From Rhynchopus sp. YZ270_cl-10 (taxonomy: Eukaryota): a stretch of DNA of 64,000 nt. Below, in pieces: positions 1-11,274 of the stretch. Position 1 is the first letter of the stretch, and every line of letters starts with the position of its first letter. Under the pieces are notes generated by a model. The model saw only the letters and a program-made list of their open reading frames with translations, did not search any database and had not been told where the DNA came from. The stretch covers positions 496,001 through 560,000 of the forward strand of contig OZ037845.1 in the NCBI GenBank assembly GCA_964035575.1. The letters run 5' to 3'. The translations under genes and the position numbers were made by a program.

Positions 1-359
1 TACAATCAAAAGAACGCAGAGAAAAGGGAAAAAGAGAAGACAAAAGTTGGGCACCGTGCGCCTGCGGCGCTACCTACTGTTCTCAGTGGTGTCAAAAACA
101 CCACCATTTCATCTGAAGTTGGGTTTTCAGACCTGAAAATGACCCTTGTTTACGAGTATGGGTTCATATTTTGTGAAAATTTAAGTCACTAAAATTTTGT
201 CCATTTTTCCGTATATCCCCCACCACAGCCTGGGATTGGCTCGGAAATGCCACAAAACACTGTTTTTTCACCCCCTGGTGCACAGCTGTTTCAGGTACGT
301 TTTTTGGTACCGTTTTTCCATTTTTTCGCCGATTTTCCCCAAAATTAGCGCGACCCCTG
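1..359. mobile_element. Right part of a non-autonomous hAT-like element, same family as 37938-38811 (left end outside window)
   Basis: 132-258 is near-identical to 38585-38710. It ends in ...aattagcgcgacccctg (359), like the TIR ...aattagcgcgaccactg (38811), and shares the accgtgcgcctgcggcgc motif. Confidence 0.75.
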
Positions 360-477
360 ATTTACACCCCCGCATACCTTCTGTCACGACGCTCCAGCCC
401 TGCGTAGCTTGGGATCGGGGACGACGAGCCGTAACGTTGCTGTGATTATTGAATGATACACAAAAAAGTAGAGTAGA

Positions 478-630
478 AAATACAAAAGCCCTCTCGTGAA
501 CAGTGTACCGTGGTACAATGACCGGGTGTACCGGGTGGACATCCAATCATGCAGTCCTACAATACATTTCGTTTACATCTGATATGTTCCACTCCCGCTT
601 CCACTCATCGGCCAGATCGGGGATCATTGC
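478..630 (-). repeat. Dispersed repeat with a degenerate hammerhead-like core (copy 1)
   Basis: Aligns by eye with 60756-60871, 39425-39527 and 9219-9281. Core reads CCGATGA instead of CTGATGA and stem II is shortened. Confidence 0.7.
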
Positions 631-739
631 GAATGCAGGCAAAAAAAAAAACGAAAATCTAAAAAGAACCGCCTCTCCTTTCTCTGTTATCCATCCATCA
701 TGAAAATCTTGAAAATCTTAACCCTCTCCACAAATAATA

Positions 740-2011
740 TCATACCGCTGTGTAGTCGTAGTAGGCACCTCTTGGGCGGGAGGCGGTGGAGGTGATGGAC
801 TGATGCTGTCTGAAGCTGTTTGTTGATGCAGGGTTGATCATGGATGCAGGTGACATGGCGCGCATGGAGGGGACGAGCGCAGGGGAGTTTGCAGCTGTGT
901 GCTGCGGGGACTGCGAGCGGAGGATGCTTTGCAGTGCAGAGCGGGCCTGCTGCAGTTTGACTTCGTTCTCGAAGCCTGCGCCTGCAGAGGACACTATGGC
1001 ATCCTGGGCTTGCTCCAGCTTGCGAGAGAGCATCAACTTCTCTGTTTCCTTCTCTGCAAGCATCGTCTGCAGCTTGCTCACCACCTGCGGTGCCTGACCT
1101 CCATCATGCGAATGAGGCTGTGCAGGCTCTGCAGACGCCCCCCTCATCTCCGCCACCGCCAATTTCGCTTGAAGATCTTTGATAACAGCCTTATCCTGGT
1201 TCGACCCATGCTGACTCAAATTCATAGAACTCCGCGACTGTCTCTTATCCTTCAATGACGCCTGCTTCGCTTTAGTTTCCGCATCATCCGCACGTTTGGT
1301 CTGTTTCTTCACTTCAGCCTCCAAAGCCTTAATCTTCTCAACCCTTTTGTTTAAATCTGCGGTCAACAGTTTTACCTTTGAATCTGCCGACCCGCTGGCC
1401 ATGAGACGCTGAAGGGACGCATTGGTTTGTTCAAGAGAGTACACCTTTGCGCGGGAATCTGCCAACTCACGCTCTGCCTTCTCCAAACGCTCTTCGGTGG
1501 TCAACTCAATTGGAGCTTCTTGTGGAGTAGGTGGAGCTGGTGACGGCGCTGCGACATCCTGCGCCGCAAGACTGGGGGATCCCACCGCAGTTCCTACCAC
1601 GCTCTCAGCGCGTTCCGATGCTTGGTCGCCAACGGAGGGTGGGCGGAGAGTGGTGCTGTGCTGGAGGGTACCTTGGCTGTTTTGGGAGCGTACACTGTTT
1701 CTGCGGCTGCCTGCTCCGGAGGCAACGGTGGGTGACATAACGTCGGCGGCGGCGGCGGCAGATGCTGCAGCAGACCTGGCCAGGCTTGCAACCGATGCCT
1801 GCTTCTGCAACGGCGATGCAGAAGAGAAACTGCCCTGTCGTGACCGTGCCTGCGTCGGTGTGCCTGCTCCAGACGCATGCGACCTCAACGGTGTACCCGG
1901 AGGCTTTACAACATTCTGCTGCGAATGCACAGACCCTCCCCTACTACGAGCCTCCAAAGACGCAGGCGAATCGCGAGCGGACGACGCATCAGCAACAGTA
2001 GATCCTGGCAT
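740..2011 (-). CDS. Hypothetical protein, Ser/Ala-rich disordered N-terminus and coiled-coil C-terminal half (423 aa)
   Basis: Long ATG-initiated ORF with heptad-like E/K/L-rich segments, on the cluster strand. Confidence 0.8.
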   Translation of the reverse strand: MPGSTVADASSARDSPASLEARSRGGSVHSQQNVVKPPGTPLRSHASGAGTPTQARSRQGSFSSASPLQKQASVASLARSAAASAAAAADVMSPTVASGAGSRRNSVRSQNSQGTLQHSTTLRPPSVGDQASERAESVVGTAVGSPSLAAQDVAAPSPAPPTPQEAPIELTTEERLEKAERELADSRAKVYSLEQTNASLQRLMASGSADSKVKLLTADLNKRVEKIKALEAEVKKQTKRADDAETKAKQASLKDKRQSRSSMNLSQHGSNQDKAVIKDLQAKLAVAEMRGASAEPAQPHSHDGGQAPQVVSKLQTMLAEKETEKLMLSRKLEQAQDAIVSSAGAGFENEVKLQQARSALQSILRSQSPQHTAANSPALVPSMRAMSPASMINPASTNSFRQHQSITSTASRPRGAYYDYTAV

Positions 2012-2409
2012 TTTTTGTTAAACTCTCAAAAAAAAAACCCCCCTTTGTGTATTGTCTGAAGGGAATTTTTGGGAATTTTGAGGTAGGGGGTAGAAATGAA
2101 TGGGAAGATAGGAAAACACATTTTTTTTTGAGGTATCTAAACCTCCAAATCCCCTTGAGAATGGGGGAGAGAGAGAGAGCGATAAGAGAGGAAAGAGAAC
2201 GGGAGAATAATCTTACAAATAAAAAACCCCACAAAGACACCACCTTTTTTTTAATTCACAACACCCCCCACCCCACAAAACCCCTCAGGGATTTCTTTTA
2301 ACACATTTCCCCCCTTTTCCCCCCAAAGAATAATCTCACAAACCCCGCAATAAACCTGGAAATGCTTCCTGAGTAAAAAAAAACTCCTCACGCAATAGGA
2401 CCCTCCCGA

Positions 2410-5400
2410 TTAGAGGAGACACTCCGCGTCTTGCATGAGTTTTTTTGAGTTATCTTCAAGTTGTTCTCCACAACCTGCTGCATCACGGAGGCGGTCACGT
2501 AGTCCACTGATACGGTTTGGATCTGTACCAAAGTCTGTATCATGGAGTGTGGCGAGTTCTGTGGATGTGTCACGGTTGTTTACTGCGTAGCCGTTGTTTA
2601 CATCACTGACGAGCTCTTTGCAGTTGCGGATATTGAAGCTCAGAACAGAGTTGTTGTCAGTATCAGCCAATAACGCTTTGTCCATCCTCTTCTGCTTTGT
2701 GAACACCCGCACCACAAAGTACCCTGCCAGCAGCAACAACACCAACAACACCCCGCACGCCGCGATCACAATGATATGCACCAGCTGCGAGTCTTCCTCA
2801 TGCTCCTCACACACCGGCACTCCACCAATCACCTCCGACCCATGATATCCTGACACACATGAACACAAATAATCCTCCGTCGTCGTCAACGAATGATCAA
2901 AACAGGTTGCAAGAGGCCCGCACGGTGCTGCAACACATTCATCCCCGACCCCAATAGGCTTGCAAACAACGGTGGCCCCGTTAATCGCAGTCGGTGTGAA
3001 GACGTCCATGATGCTGGTAGCGCTTCCCATTGAAAAGTTTGCGGTGCCGTCTTTGGGGGTTCCTGCAAGGATGAGGGCGCTCTGATAATATGTTGGAAAC
3101 GTAGCAGGCACGGAGTAGACTTGAGACATTCGTGTATTTGGTTTGGAAAGAAGCATCAAACTTCCTGAACCAACTTCGAGTGCGCCTCCTTCAGGACAGT
3201 CACGCTCCCAAAAAACGACGAGACGGTGAAGAGAATCGGGACTGCGGTTTGCAATGGTGACGACGACGTCGCGCGACTGCGTTCCGTTGTCGGTGGTGCT
3301 GTGTCTCGCGAAGGAGACCTCAAATGAATCGGCGGTTCCAAGCAAACGATAATCCATCGAAGGAGACGCTGCTATGGTAGGGGGCACCACCGTTTCACCA
3401 CGAAGCGCTTGATTGGTGGAGGCCTGGAGGGCCTCCTCTAGGCCGTCTTTGTATATGGGGACAATGTTGGCGCAGAGTCCTGCAAAGTACATTGCCTTGC
3501 CGATGACAGAGCGAACACCGTTGAGTGGGACGTCTGGCATGGTGAAGTCACCTATGAAGTCGTTAGTGGTCGCATCAGTGGTACCGGCGTTGGTAATAAA
3601 GCGGGAGGTGCCTTTTGCAATGCTGTACCCAGCTTTGTATTGCATGTCGCCCACTGATTGGCAAGGGGTGAACGACGCAAGGAAACAGCTGTCAGGATCG
3701 AAGGGAACGATCTGTGCAGATTCGTTCTGTTTTGGACATGGTTGGTCTGTGATGAACCAGCTGTTCGGTGCGACAGGGAGGGTCAGCTTGAGGAATGGGT
3801 TGGACACCACCGCATCCTCCCGGGTTACCACCTTGTTCCCGCTGAGGTCGCCTTCCCCTTTCTCTGCCGGCCGCGAGCGGAGGTAGATCGCGACGTTCTT
3901 CGAATCCTCCTTCACCCCATCTGCCAGCAACGTCTTCGGCACTGTCGTCGCAAACACTGCCATCGCCGCCTCCACCCTCCCAAGCACCGAGGAAGTCTCC
4001 TCCTCTAGCCCATTGCTCGCCTCCAACACAGCAATTGTATTAAATCTATACAAATCTGACGCACCATTTTGCCTATTATCCCCATAAAACGTTCTAAACA
4101 CTGTCCCCTCACTTGGTGACGACGTATCCTCAACTACCTCAGGCGCTTCCGTATCAGGGTTCACAGTTGGTTCTGCGGTCGGCGCAATGGGTTCTGGAGT
4201 GGGTGGAGCTTCAGTAGGAGGAGGAGGGGGTATGTTCGTAACGGAGTACGAAAGCACCACAAAGCGGCCGTCTGAGAGCAGCGCAAAGAGAGACGTGGGT
4301 GTGCCTTCAGATACCGTCGCACCCTCCGAGAGTTGCAGCCCTGTGACAACAACACCCTTCGCAGTGTCGTCAACGGTAATGACATCAACCAAGGTGAAGA
4401 TGGAAGAGGTACGTAGACCGGTTGCGTCGTCGCGTCCAGAATAAAAATTTGTGTTCGGTTTGGCAAACCCCGTCGCATTGTAGCTAGTGGTAAACACCGC
4501 AATGCGAGGAAGCTTTGTCGGAGAGAGCAGTGTCTCGCTGGAGGAGTCAGAGATGAACACATAGCACACTTCGTCTGCATTGCACGACGTTACGACAGCA
4601 GTCGCAGAGCCAAACTCAGTGAAGCTAGACGCTGAGTTTTGGAACAACTGAATTCGCTCCTGTACGTCGGTCTGCTCCGCCTCGTTAGCTGCAAAGCTTT
4701 CCAGGAAGTATTCTGGGTCCTTCATATCGCTGATGGTAGTGCTGTCAATGACATCTTTACTAAAATCGTCGAAAACAACGCGTTTTTTGAGGAAAATGTC
4801 TACAGCTTCCGCAGCAGGGTCGAAAACAGGAGGGGTCGCAAACATAGAAGGTGTGGCAAGCAAAGTGGCGAGCCACGTCTCGTCAGGAAGGCTTCCGGTA
4901 GGCAGCTTTTGTCCTGCGGGAATGGTGTTTTCGAAAAAGGCGAAGTTAATCGCCGCGACGTTGCGCTCCACAACAATCAGCTCCGTTGCGAAAGGGGAGT
5001 CCTTCGTCCCCGCCCCTATCGTTGCAGTGATCAGAAGCCTCACCTTCCCTGGCATCTCCGCTGCCTTCTCAACGGTACCAAGCTTCCTGCGCCCCATTTC
5101 AATTTCCTGCACCATAACCTTCGAAAAATCGAGCGAATAATACCCCGTCACATCCTGAGCTATTACCCTATACTGCCAGGCACCATCATAAAAAACCAGG
5201 AGCTGAAGAAACGACTCAATTATCACCCCAGAAGCGGGCAGCGAGGTGTACGTGAGGTAGGAGTAGACCCCCATGTAGCTGCCCTTTGGGATAAGCGATT
5301 TTACTGCGTCTGGTAAAGCCTTGAGGGAGATTTCAAAGAAGGGAAGGACCGAGGTGCGCATATTGTCACACGACAATTTTGAATTCTGCATATTCGCAAA

Positions 5401-6297
5401 AAATGCGTTAATATCGTCCACCAACGGAGACATTGGAGGCACCTCATTCGAAAACCGATACGTGGACAACGCAGCCACACCGCTTTGTGGTGTATCACTA
5501 CCCCCCATCACACTACTATCCACCAGAAAAACACTCAGATCAAACGAGGTGGCAGACATAGCGCAATACGCCGTCCCCTGCAATGAATAAAGATCACCAT
5601 CCTTCCCGGCAGGGATGTTTGTTACGAGCCCAAAAAAATCGGGGGCACTGCCAATAACAAACCCTCCAACGCTGCTGGAGACTACTGCCGAAGGTGCCTC
5701 TCCGCCATCACCATTGTACTGCGTGACACCTAGGGTGCTCGAAAGGGAACGGAACGCTGCGTTTAAAAAGACGTTTTCTGCGAGAATAGCGTCTGCAGTT
5801 TGTGTACTCCCACCTCTGGACCGGACGTAGTCGAAGTCTCGAACCTCAGAATCCTTTGCAACGGGCGCGCCATTAGAGAGAAGGCTCTTTCTGCGGAGGC
5901 TCATGAAGAAGCGATACTGCTTTTCGGATAGCGGAAGCATCGGGAAGGCACGCCAATCCCATCCTTCGTTGCCTTCGTTTTGGCGTAGGCTGTACGCGGC
6001 GGCAGTATCAAAGGCGGAGGTGACAGTTACATTGACAGTATCGGGGGTGTCACCTTGAACGTATGTAGGGGCAACAGTCCCCGCATCAACCAGCCCCGCA
6101 GCAAAGCAGAATTTTCCATCAACCTCACCCCTACCCAACACACCCTGCAAGCTTTCGACCGACGTCGTCTCCCCAAAGGTAGGCAAATCCCGCGGGTTGC
6201 TTGCTAAGTATTCACCATAGTACGTTACAGTCACGTTCTCATCAACCACAATGCGTGCCAAACTCAGAGGCAACACCGCTAAGAAAAATATCAACAT
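2410..6297 (-). CDS. Type I membrane protein (~1295 aa): signal peptide, Pro/Thr linker, EGF-like domain, transmembrane helix
   Basis: Start reassigned to ATG 6297 (MLIFFLAVLPLSLA signal). PPPPPTEAPPTPEP linker; DECVAAPCG..C..YLCSCVSGY EGF-like pattern; IIVIAACGVLLVLLLLAGYFVV TM followed by basic residues. Confidence 0.85.
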   Translation of the reverse strand: MLIFFLAVLPLSLARIVVDENVTVTYYGEYLASNPRDLPTFGETTSVESLQGVLGRGEVDGKFCFAAGLVDAGTVAPTYVQGDTPDTVNVTVTSAFDTAAAYSLRQNEGNEGWDWRAFPMLPLSEKQYRFFMSLRRKSLLSNGAPVAKDSEVRDFDYVRSRGGSTQTADAILAENVFLNAAFRSLSSTLGVTQYNGDGGEAPSAVVSSSVGGFVIGSAPDFFGLVTNIPAGKDGDLYSLQGTAYCAMSATSFDLSVFLVDSSVMGGSDTPQSGVAALSTYRFSNEVPPMSPLVDDINAFFANMQNSKLSCDNMRTSVLPFFEISLKALPDAVKSLIPKGSYMGVYSYLTYTSLPASGVIIESFLQLLVFYDGAWQYRVIAQDVTGYYSLDFSKVMVQEIEMGRRKLGTVEKAAEMPGKVRLLITATIGAGTKDSPFATELIVVERNVAAINFAFFENTIPAGQKLPTGSLPDETWLATLLATPSMFATPPVFDPAAEAVDIFLKKRVVFDDFSKDVIDSTTISDMKDPEYFLESFAANEAEQTDVQERIQLFQNSASSFTEFGSATAVVTSCNADEVCYVFISDSSSETLLSPTKLPRIAVFTTSYNATGFAKPNTNFYSGRDDATGLRTSSIFTLVDVITVDDTAKGVVVTGLQLSEGATVSEGTPTSLFALLSDGRFVVLSYSVTNIPPPPPTEAPPTPEPIAPTAEPTVNPDTEAPEVVEDTSSPSEGTVFRTFYGDNRQNGASDLYRFNTIAVLEASNGLEEETSSVLGRVEAAMAVFATTVPKTLLADGVKEDSKNVAIYLRSRPAEKGEGDLSGNKVVTREDAVVSNPFLKLTLPVAPNSWFITDQPCPKQNESAQIVPFDPDSCFLASFTPCQSVGDMQYKAGYSIAKGTSRFITNAGTTDATTNDFIGDFTMPDVPLNGVRSVIGKAMYFAGLCANIVPIYKDGLEEALQASTNQALRGETVVPPTIAASPSMDYRLLGTADSFEVSFARHSTTDNGTQSRDVVVTIANRSPDSLHRLVVFWERDCPEGGALEVGSGSLMLLSKPNTRMSQVYSVPATFPTYYQSALILAGTPKDGTANFSMGSATSIMDVFTPTAINGATVVCKPIGVGDECVAAPCGPLATCFDHSLTTTEDYLCSCVSGYHGSEVIGGVPVCEEHEEDSQLVHIIVIAACGVLLVLLLLAGYFVVRVFTKQKRMDKALLADTDNNSVLSFNIRNCKELVSDVNNGYAVNNRDTSTELATLHDTDFGTDPNRISGLRDRLRDAAGCGEQLEDNSKKLMQDAECLL

Positions 6298-6727
6298 CAC
6301 GCAGGTTATATTGTAGCAGGCGACGGCGGCGGCATCAAGGGGATAAAGTTTAGAGGATCTGGCAAAAAAGAAAAAAAAATATGCCGCAGGAGGGTTGGTG
6401 TGTACTGAAGAAGGGGTGTGGTGTTTCGGGTGTTGCTGGGCCGGTCGGAGGGGTTTTAATAATAAAGAAATTCTCTTTTTAAAACAAAAGGCCACTTTGG
6501 GTCCAAAATTTCCCCTTCTTTGTGGAAGGAAAGGGGGGGATTGGGAGGGGGCGGTGCACCTAGTAGGTGCACACATCCTGAGAAGTGGCATATGCACAAT
6601 ACAACACCCATTGAGTGTGGTGCATCATAATGGCCACAAAAGACAACTACGAAGAGCGCAGCAACACCTACATACACTCCATTTATTTGAATATACACAA
6701 AAACCGCTCGTTCCACACAAGGGTGGC

Positions 6728-9700
6728 CTACTTCCGCCAGGACATCACATGTTCCCCTCCGTTCCTAGCCTCGTATCTTCCACCCTGATCCCCTCTACGA
6801 GGTGCACGAGCACTGTCACCCCGGCCTTTCCCCCACGCCCGACCACCTGCTCTGTCGACGCTTCGCACTGCATCACTGTCCGGCTGTGCAGGCTGTACCT
6901 CGATGATGTCTTTGTCCCATGCCCGCACACCTGCGTCATAGAAGGACAACTCACTGTGGTCGCGCTTCGGTACGTCAACGGACACAGTCTCGAGCGTCTG
7001 GTAGTCTGACACACACATTGCGACACGTGTGTTGCGGGAGTGCGTGAGGTAGCGCTGCATGTGCTCCAGCCCCTCACGCACGTCTGCAACGTGCGCAAGG
7101 GAGTCGGACACCCCGGTCACACGTGGCACCAGCAGGATCTGCAGACACTGCGCACGGCTGAACGCGACATTCATGGTCGGCAGCGGTGCGTAATAACGAG
7201 CGCGCTTGCCGTCGAGGGACATGCCTGTGTTCACAATGACAACGTCTGCAGACTGGCCCTGCAGACGTGCAGGTGTCCCTACAGCAAGGTGTGGGTTGCC
7301 CTCGCAGTGCGCATACATTTGCTCCGACGGCGAGCCAGCGCTGTAAAGGATGATCACAGAGACTGTGTCGCCTGTGTGTACAACAAAGTTGTTCTGCACA
7401 ACAGCCGCAAGCGCCACACACATCGCTTCGGAGAAGACGAAGTACGCCGACGCATTCATCTCCTCAGGCGTGTCGATCTCAAAGGACATCAGCCCGCCCA
7501 CCTTCCCTTCGGTCCCCAGCTGGGCGGCAGTCACCTCCTTTGCAACGACCTCCTCGTAGTGGGAGGAGTCTGCAGCAAACGGCATGGGGCTCTCGTCGTC
7601 TGCGCACGTTGCTGTGAAGGGTGTGCGGAGAGAGACAGTGGGTGTGTCCTTTGCCCGCAGCCACCTGTCAAAGTACGCCGGGTTCTGGGGGGTTGTGGTG
7701 GTGTCTGCTTCGTACACCGCACGACTCAGGTCGGCGATGTCGTGGTGTGACCGCAAGCAGTGTGTCAACTTTGTGATGAACGTTGTGTTGAGCGCCTCCT
7801 TGCACTCATACTTGTCTGTGAGGGATATGTTGCTGCTGGGCGACGCCTGTTTGCGCAGAAGGCAAAGCAACACCGAGTCGTGCACTGGATGGCTGAAGTG
7901 CGTTGTTATGTTCTCCCCAAGGAGGATTCGGTCGTCGTTCGCCGGCTGCATCTGCAGAGGGTCCCCTGTCACAACAAAACGGCCCCTAGGATGCAGACGC
8001 GCAAGCACACCAGGCAGGTCTCTGCACCACATCTGCGACCCTTCGTCGACCACACCCATCTCAAAGAGCGCAGGTTGCTTAATTGCTGGAGCTGCTTTGG
8101 CGTTGTGTACCTTTTGCGACATATGCTTTTTCGGCAGGTACGACGCACGAAGGTCCTGATTATTCACACCATAGACTACAAATTTTGGGCACTCCTGTTC
8201 AAACGGGACGGTAGTAAGGTCGGTGTTGCTGTACAACCTGTAGCCCTCCGACTCCGCCACACAGACGACAACGTGTGGGTGGTAGACGCGTTTCGCGATC
8301 TCGGCCAGAAGGAGGTGGATGGGTTTCCACCCTTTTGCGGTGACAAAGACTTTGAACGTGTCCTGCCCCGCACGTGCACGCTCCGACACTATCGTGGCGA
8401 CTGCTGTGGAGAGCGCAATCGTTTTCCCTGTCCCCGGCGGGCCACACACAACGCTTATCGTCTTCTCGATTGCGCACCGCACAACCTTCAGCTGCTGAGG
8501 GAAGAGGTACGGGCGGAGTTCGCCCTCCACGCTCTCGTAGTTGACAGCCCCCACAGGCGTGCCCATCTTACGGTTGTGTTCCTCGGGGCTCTTCAGGATC
8601 GACGCCACCCTGTCCACACCACCCTCCGCATAACCGTCCCCTTCACCCTTCAGCAGCAACTGTGCATTGTCGTATTGTGATTTGTCGGAATACCGCTTGC
8701 GCAGTGTGAAGACGGTGCCTTTCTGGATCCATAGTGTGTGTGTGTGTGTGAGCGCACGTAGAGCTCCACGTCCGTCCCTATGACCTTCAACTTCACTGCA
8801 TCCTTCACAGAAGACCTAAACGAGACCAGGGCAGTGTTCTTGAGGTCCTGCCAGCACTGGTTCTCAAGAACAAGGAAAAGGAATTGGAAGTCGTTGAAGC
8901 TCCCCACGGTCGACCCGGACTGGCCTTCTATCACGCACTGTTCGGCATGTTTGATGGATCGCAGGTGGAAGTCGTTCACAACTACAGAAGCCGTGCCGGT
9001 ACGGACCCCCTCACTATCCTCAATGTCATCTACAACTAGTGTGACCACTTCACTGTGAAGAGCCTTGCGCAAGTCCCGCATGAGACCCTTCTGCAACACG
9101 AACCTCAAGTCTGCAATAAAGTGAGAATGGTAAAACATCTAAAATAACCTCGGGTTTTGGTCTCCCCATATTGTAGGGTATTCCCATTGAAAGATGCGCC
9201 ACGCGACCCGTAATCAGACATCCATTTTGTGATGTGCCCTCCACCTGCTTCCATCATCAGTCAGATGGACAGGGATCATTAGACACAGGTGGCTGTCATG
9301 TAGGGCTGGGGTAAAAAAACATCTCATACCACACACGACATGTTCCGTATGGCACAACTGAACGTAGGGGAAGCGTCGTGCCTGCCCCAACGCCACGATA
9401 GTACCTGGCGTACCACACCCATCACCCACGGCTCCTCGAAGCCACTTGCCCGACAGGAGCTTGGCACCTGCGATTGCTGTGCGTTGGTGAAGCTTTGTGC
9501 GGGCATCCTTCTCTAGAAAGTACGCATCACGTGGTTCAATTGCACAGCCGAAGTATGCGAACCATGATTTGTAATCGATGTGGGCGGTTTGCGGTGAGAA
9601 ATATGCATCGGACAAAAGGTTCTCCAGGTCGACGATCGCGGCTGTCGTTCGTGCCATCTCGCCGCTTTGCGTTGTGCAGTACTTAATCACATCTTTGATT

Positions 9701-11274
9701 ACATCCTCGGGTTGTGTGCTGTGCAAGCCCAGCTTGTTTCCCATGTCGGTTGCAATCGCCATCACAGCATCCGCGGTCTTCCGGTAGCGGTCAACATCGC
9801 CGTTGTACGGCACATGCATGCTCTTCGCCAGCGCAAGCCATTCCACCACTCGGCGGCTCGCCGAAATACTCAGATGTGCAGGCATATTATTATAATCCTT
9901 TCCACGCAGCGCCAGGTTCTTCGCATTGAACGCATCTGTGCCGCCGAAGACGTCGATGGGGAAGCCTTCGCTGATGGACTTGACATTGGGGTACTTACCG
10001 TCCGGGTCATTTTCCCGAACGAACGAGACGAAGTTCTCCAACTCCATTCGCTCTTGATCGGTGACGGTGTAGATCTGCATCGTTTTGCCTTGGCACTCGT
10101 TTAGAATTTTTTCCAGGGCCTCCCGCACTTCGTGCACCGTCATGCCCAGGTCGCGCACGTCGTGCTCTTTACTTGCATTGATGCGGTCAATGACAACACA
10201 ACACCCTGAGAACAGCGTGGCCGTGCGGTCCTCGAAGTAGAGGAACGACACCACAAGCTCCACCTCGGGCTCCTCCCTCTGTATGTTCAGCACGGCTGGT
10301 GTGCGCAGCACTGGTTTGTTTTGCATGGCAGACGCGAGCATCGCCGGGGCATCATCTGTGTGGTCTGTACCCAGCCTCGCCGCAATCTGCTGCACATTGC
10401 GCAGTGCATCCTCCCTACGCCGCTTCCACAACGTCTGCAGCTTCACCAGCCCATCCCCATCCTCAGGGTCAATCTCAACAAGGTGCACAAAGTCTCTCAC
10501 AGGCAGAAGCTTCAAAGTCCCTTCCGCATCCTTCTCGCACGTAGACCGGAAGACGCAGCCACGACACTTCCCGTTCAACGTCCAGTCGCGGACCTCCTTC
10601 GGGTAGCGCTCGTGGATGCTCTTCGCAAAGGTTTTGCAGCGGTGTTCGAACATCCCTCTCTTCACGTGCTCCCAGGAGGAAGGGTTCGCGGTCGATTGTT
10701 CGCAGTCGTGCCAGTTCAGGGAGATCCGTTGGGTTCCCACTGTTGGGCATATCTGGATACTCGCATCGTGCACAGCAACATCGTGCACAGCATCTGTGCG
10801 AAGAAGATCCTCCAAGACAAGTGCCGACAGTGTCAGCATAATGCCATGTCTGTTGCGAATTTCTGCACTATTGGTGAAGACGTAAAGACACAGCACAACC
10901 TCGTTGTCGACAACCTTCACACTCAGCAGGTTAGGATCGAACTGCGCGACATTAGGGAAGTCTTGCGGGCTAGGTACAATCGTCACACTATCAAAGAAGC
11001 AGATCGGGTGCGACGCCGCCGCCGTGGCCATCTCGGTGACAACGCTGCGCACTGTGCCACGTGCCAGAGTGAATCTGGTGTCCACAAAGGCGTGCTTCTT
11101 GTTCAACATGTCCTTCATCTTGGCCACCTCCTCCGCCTTCTCGTCATGGAACTGTGCGGCCGCACCAGAGTCGCTGTCCTGCTCCCTCCCTTGTTGCAGG
11201 TTCTGCAGGTACTTCGCGCAGTCCAGTTCCCTGTACTGCCCTGCGGCATACGGTGAAAAGGGATGGCACACCAT
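6728..11274 (-). CDS. Cas4/Dna2-like Fe-S nuclease-like domain + SF1 (Upf1/Dna2-type) helicase, ~1430 aa; exons 11274-9330, 9110-8758, 8722-6728
   Basis: GT-AG introns at 9111-9329 and 8723-8757 join three ORFs in frame (4293 nt). Helicase motifs GPPGTGKT, VVDEGSQ, TGDPLQMQP, LQGQSADVV, MNVAFSRAQ. Cys pattern LDCAKYL ... CRGCVFRSTC. Confidence 0.8.
9219..9281 (-). repeat. Intronic, internally deleted copy of the hammerhead-like repeat
   Basis: AATGATCCCTGTCCATCTGACTGATGATGGAAGCAGG...CACAAAATGGATGTC aligns with the 60.8 kb copy. Confidence 0.6.

Noticed and set aside
53..70. CGCCTGCGGCG hairpins as Helitron/Helentron ends
   Set aside because: Most lie inside elements with TIRs and TSDs, and I found no rolling-circle termini.
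6298..6597. N-terminal extensions in the ORF track (also 11275-11421, 44585-44881, 48618-48827, 55135-55539)
   Set aside because: Non-ATG or out-of-context starts running through low-complexity UTR sequence; downstream ATGs give signal peptides or follow acceptor AGs.
7040..11256. Long plus-strand ORFs (e.g. 7760-8680, 10321-11256; also 13489-14616, 47526-48593)
   Set aside because: Antisense shadows of GC-rich minus-strand genes with no recognisable motifs.
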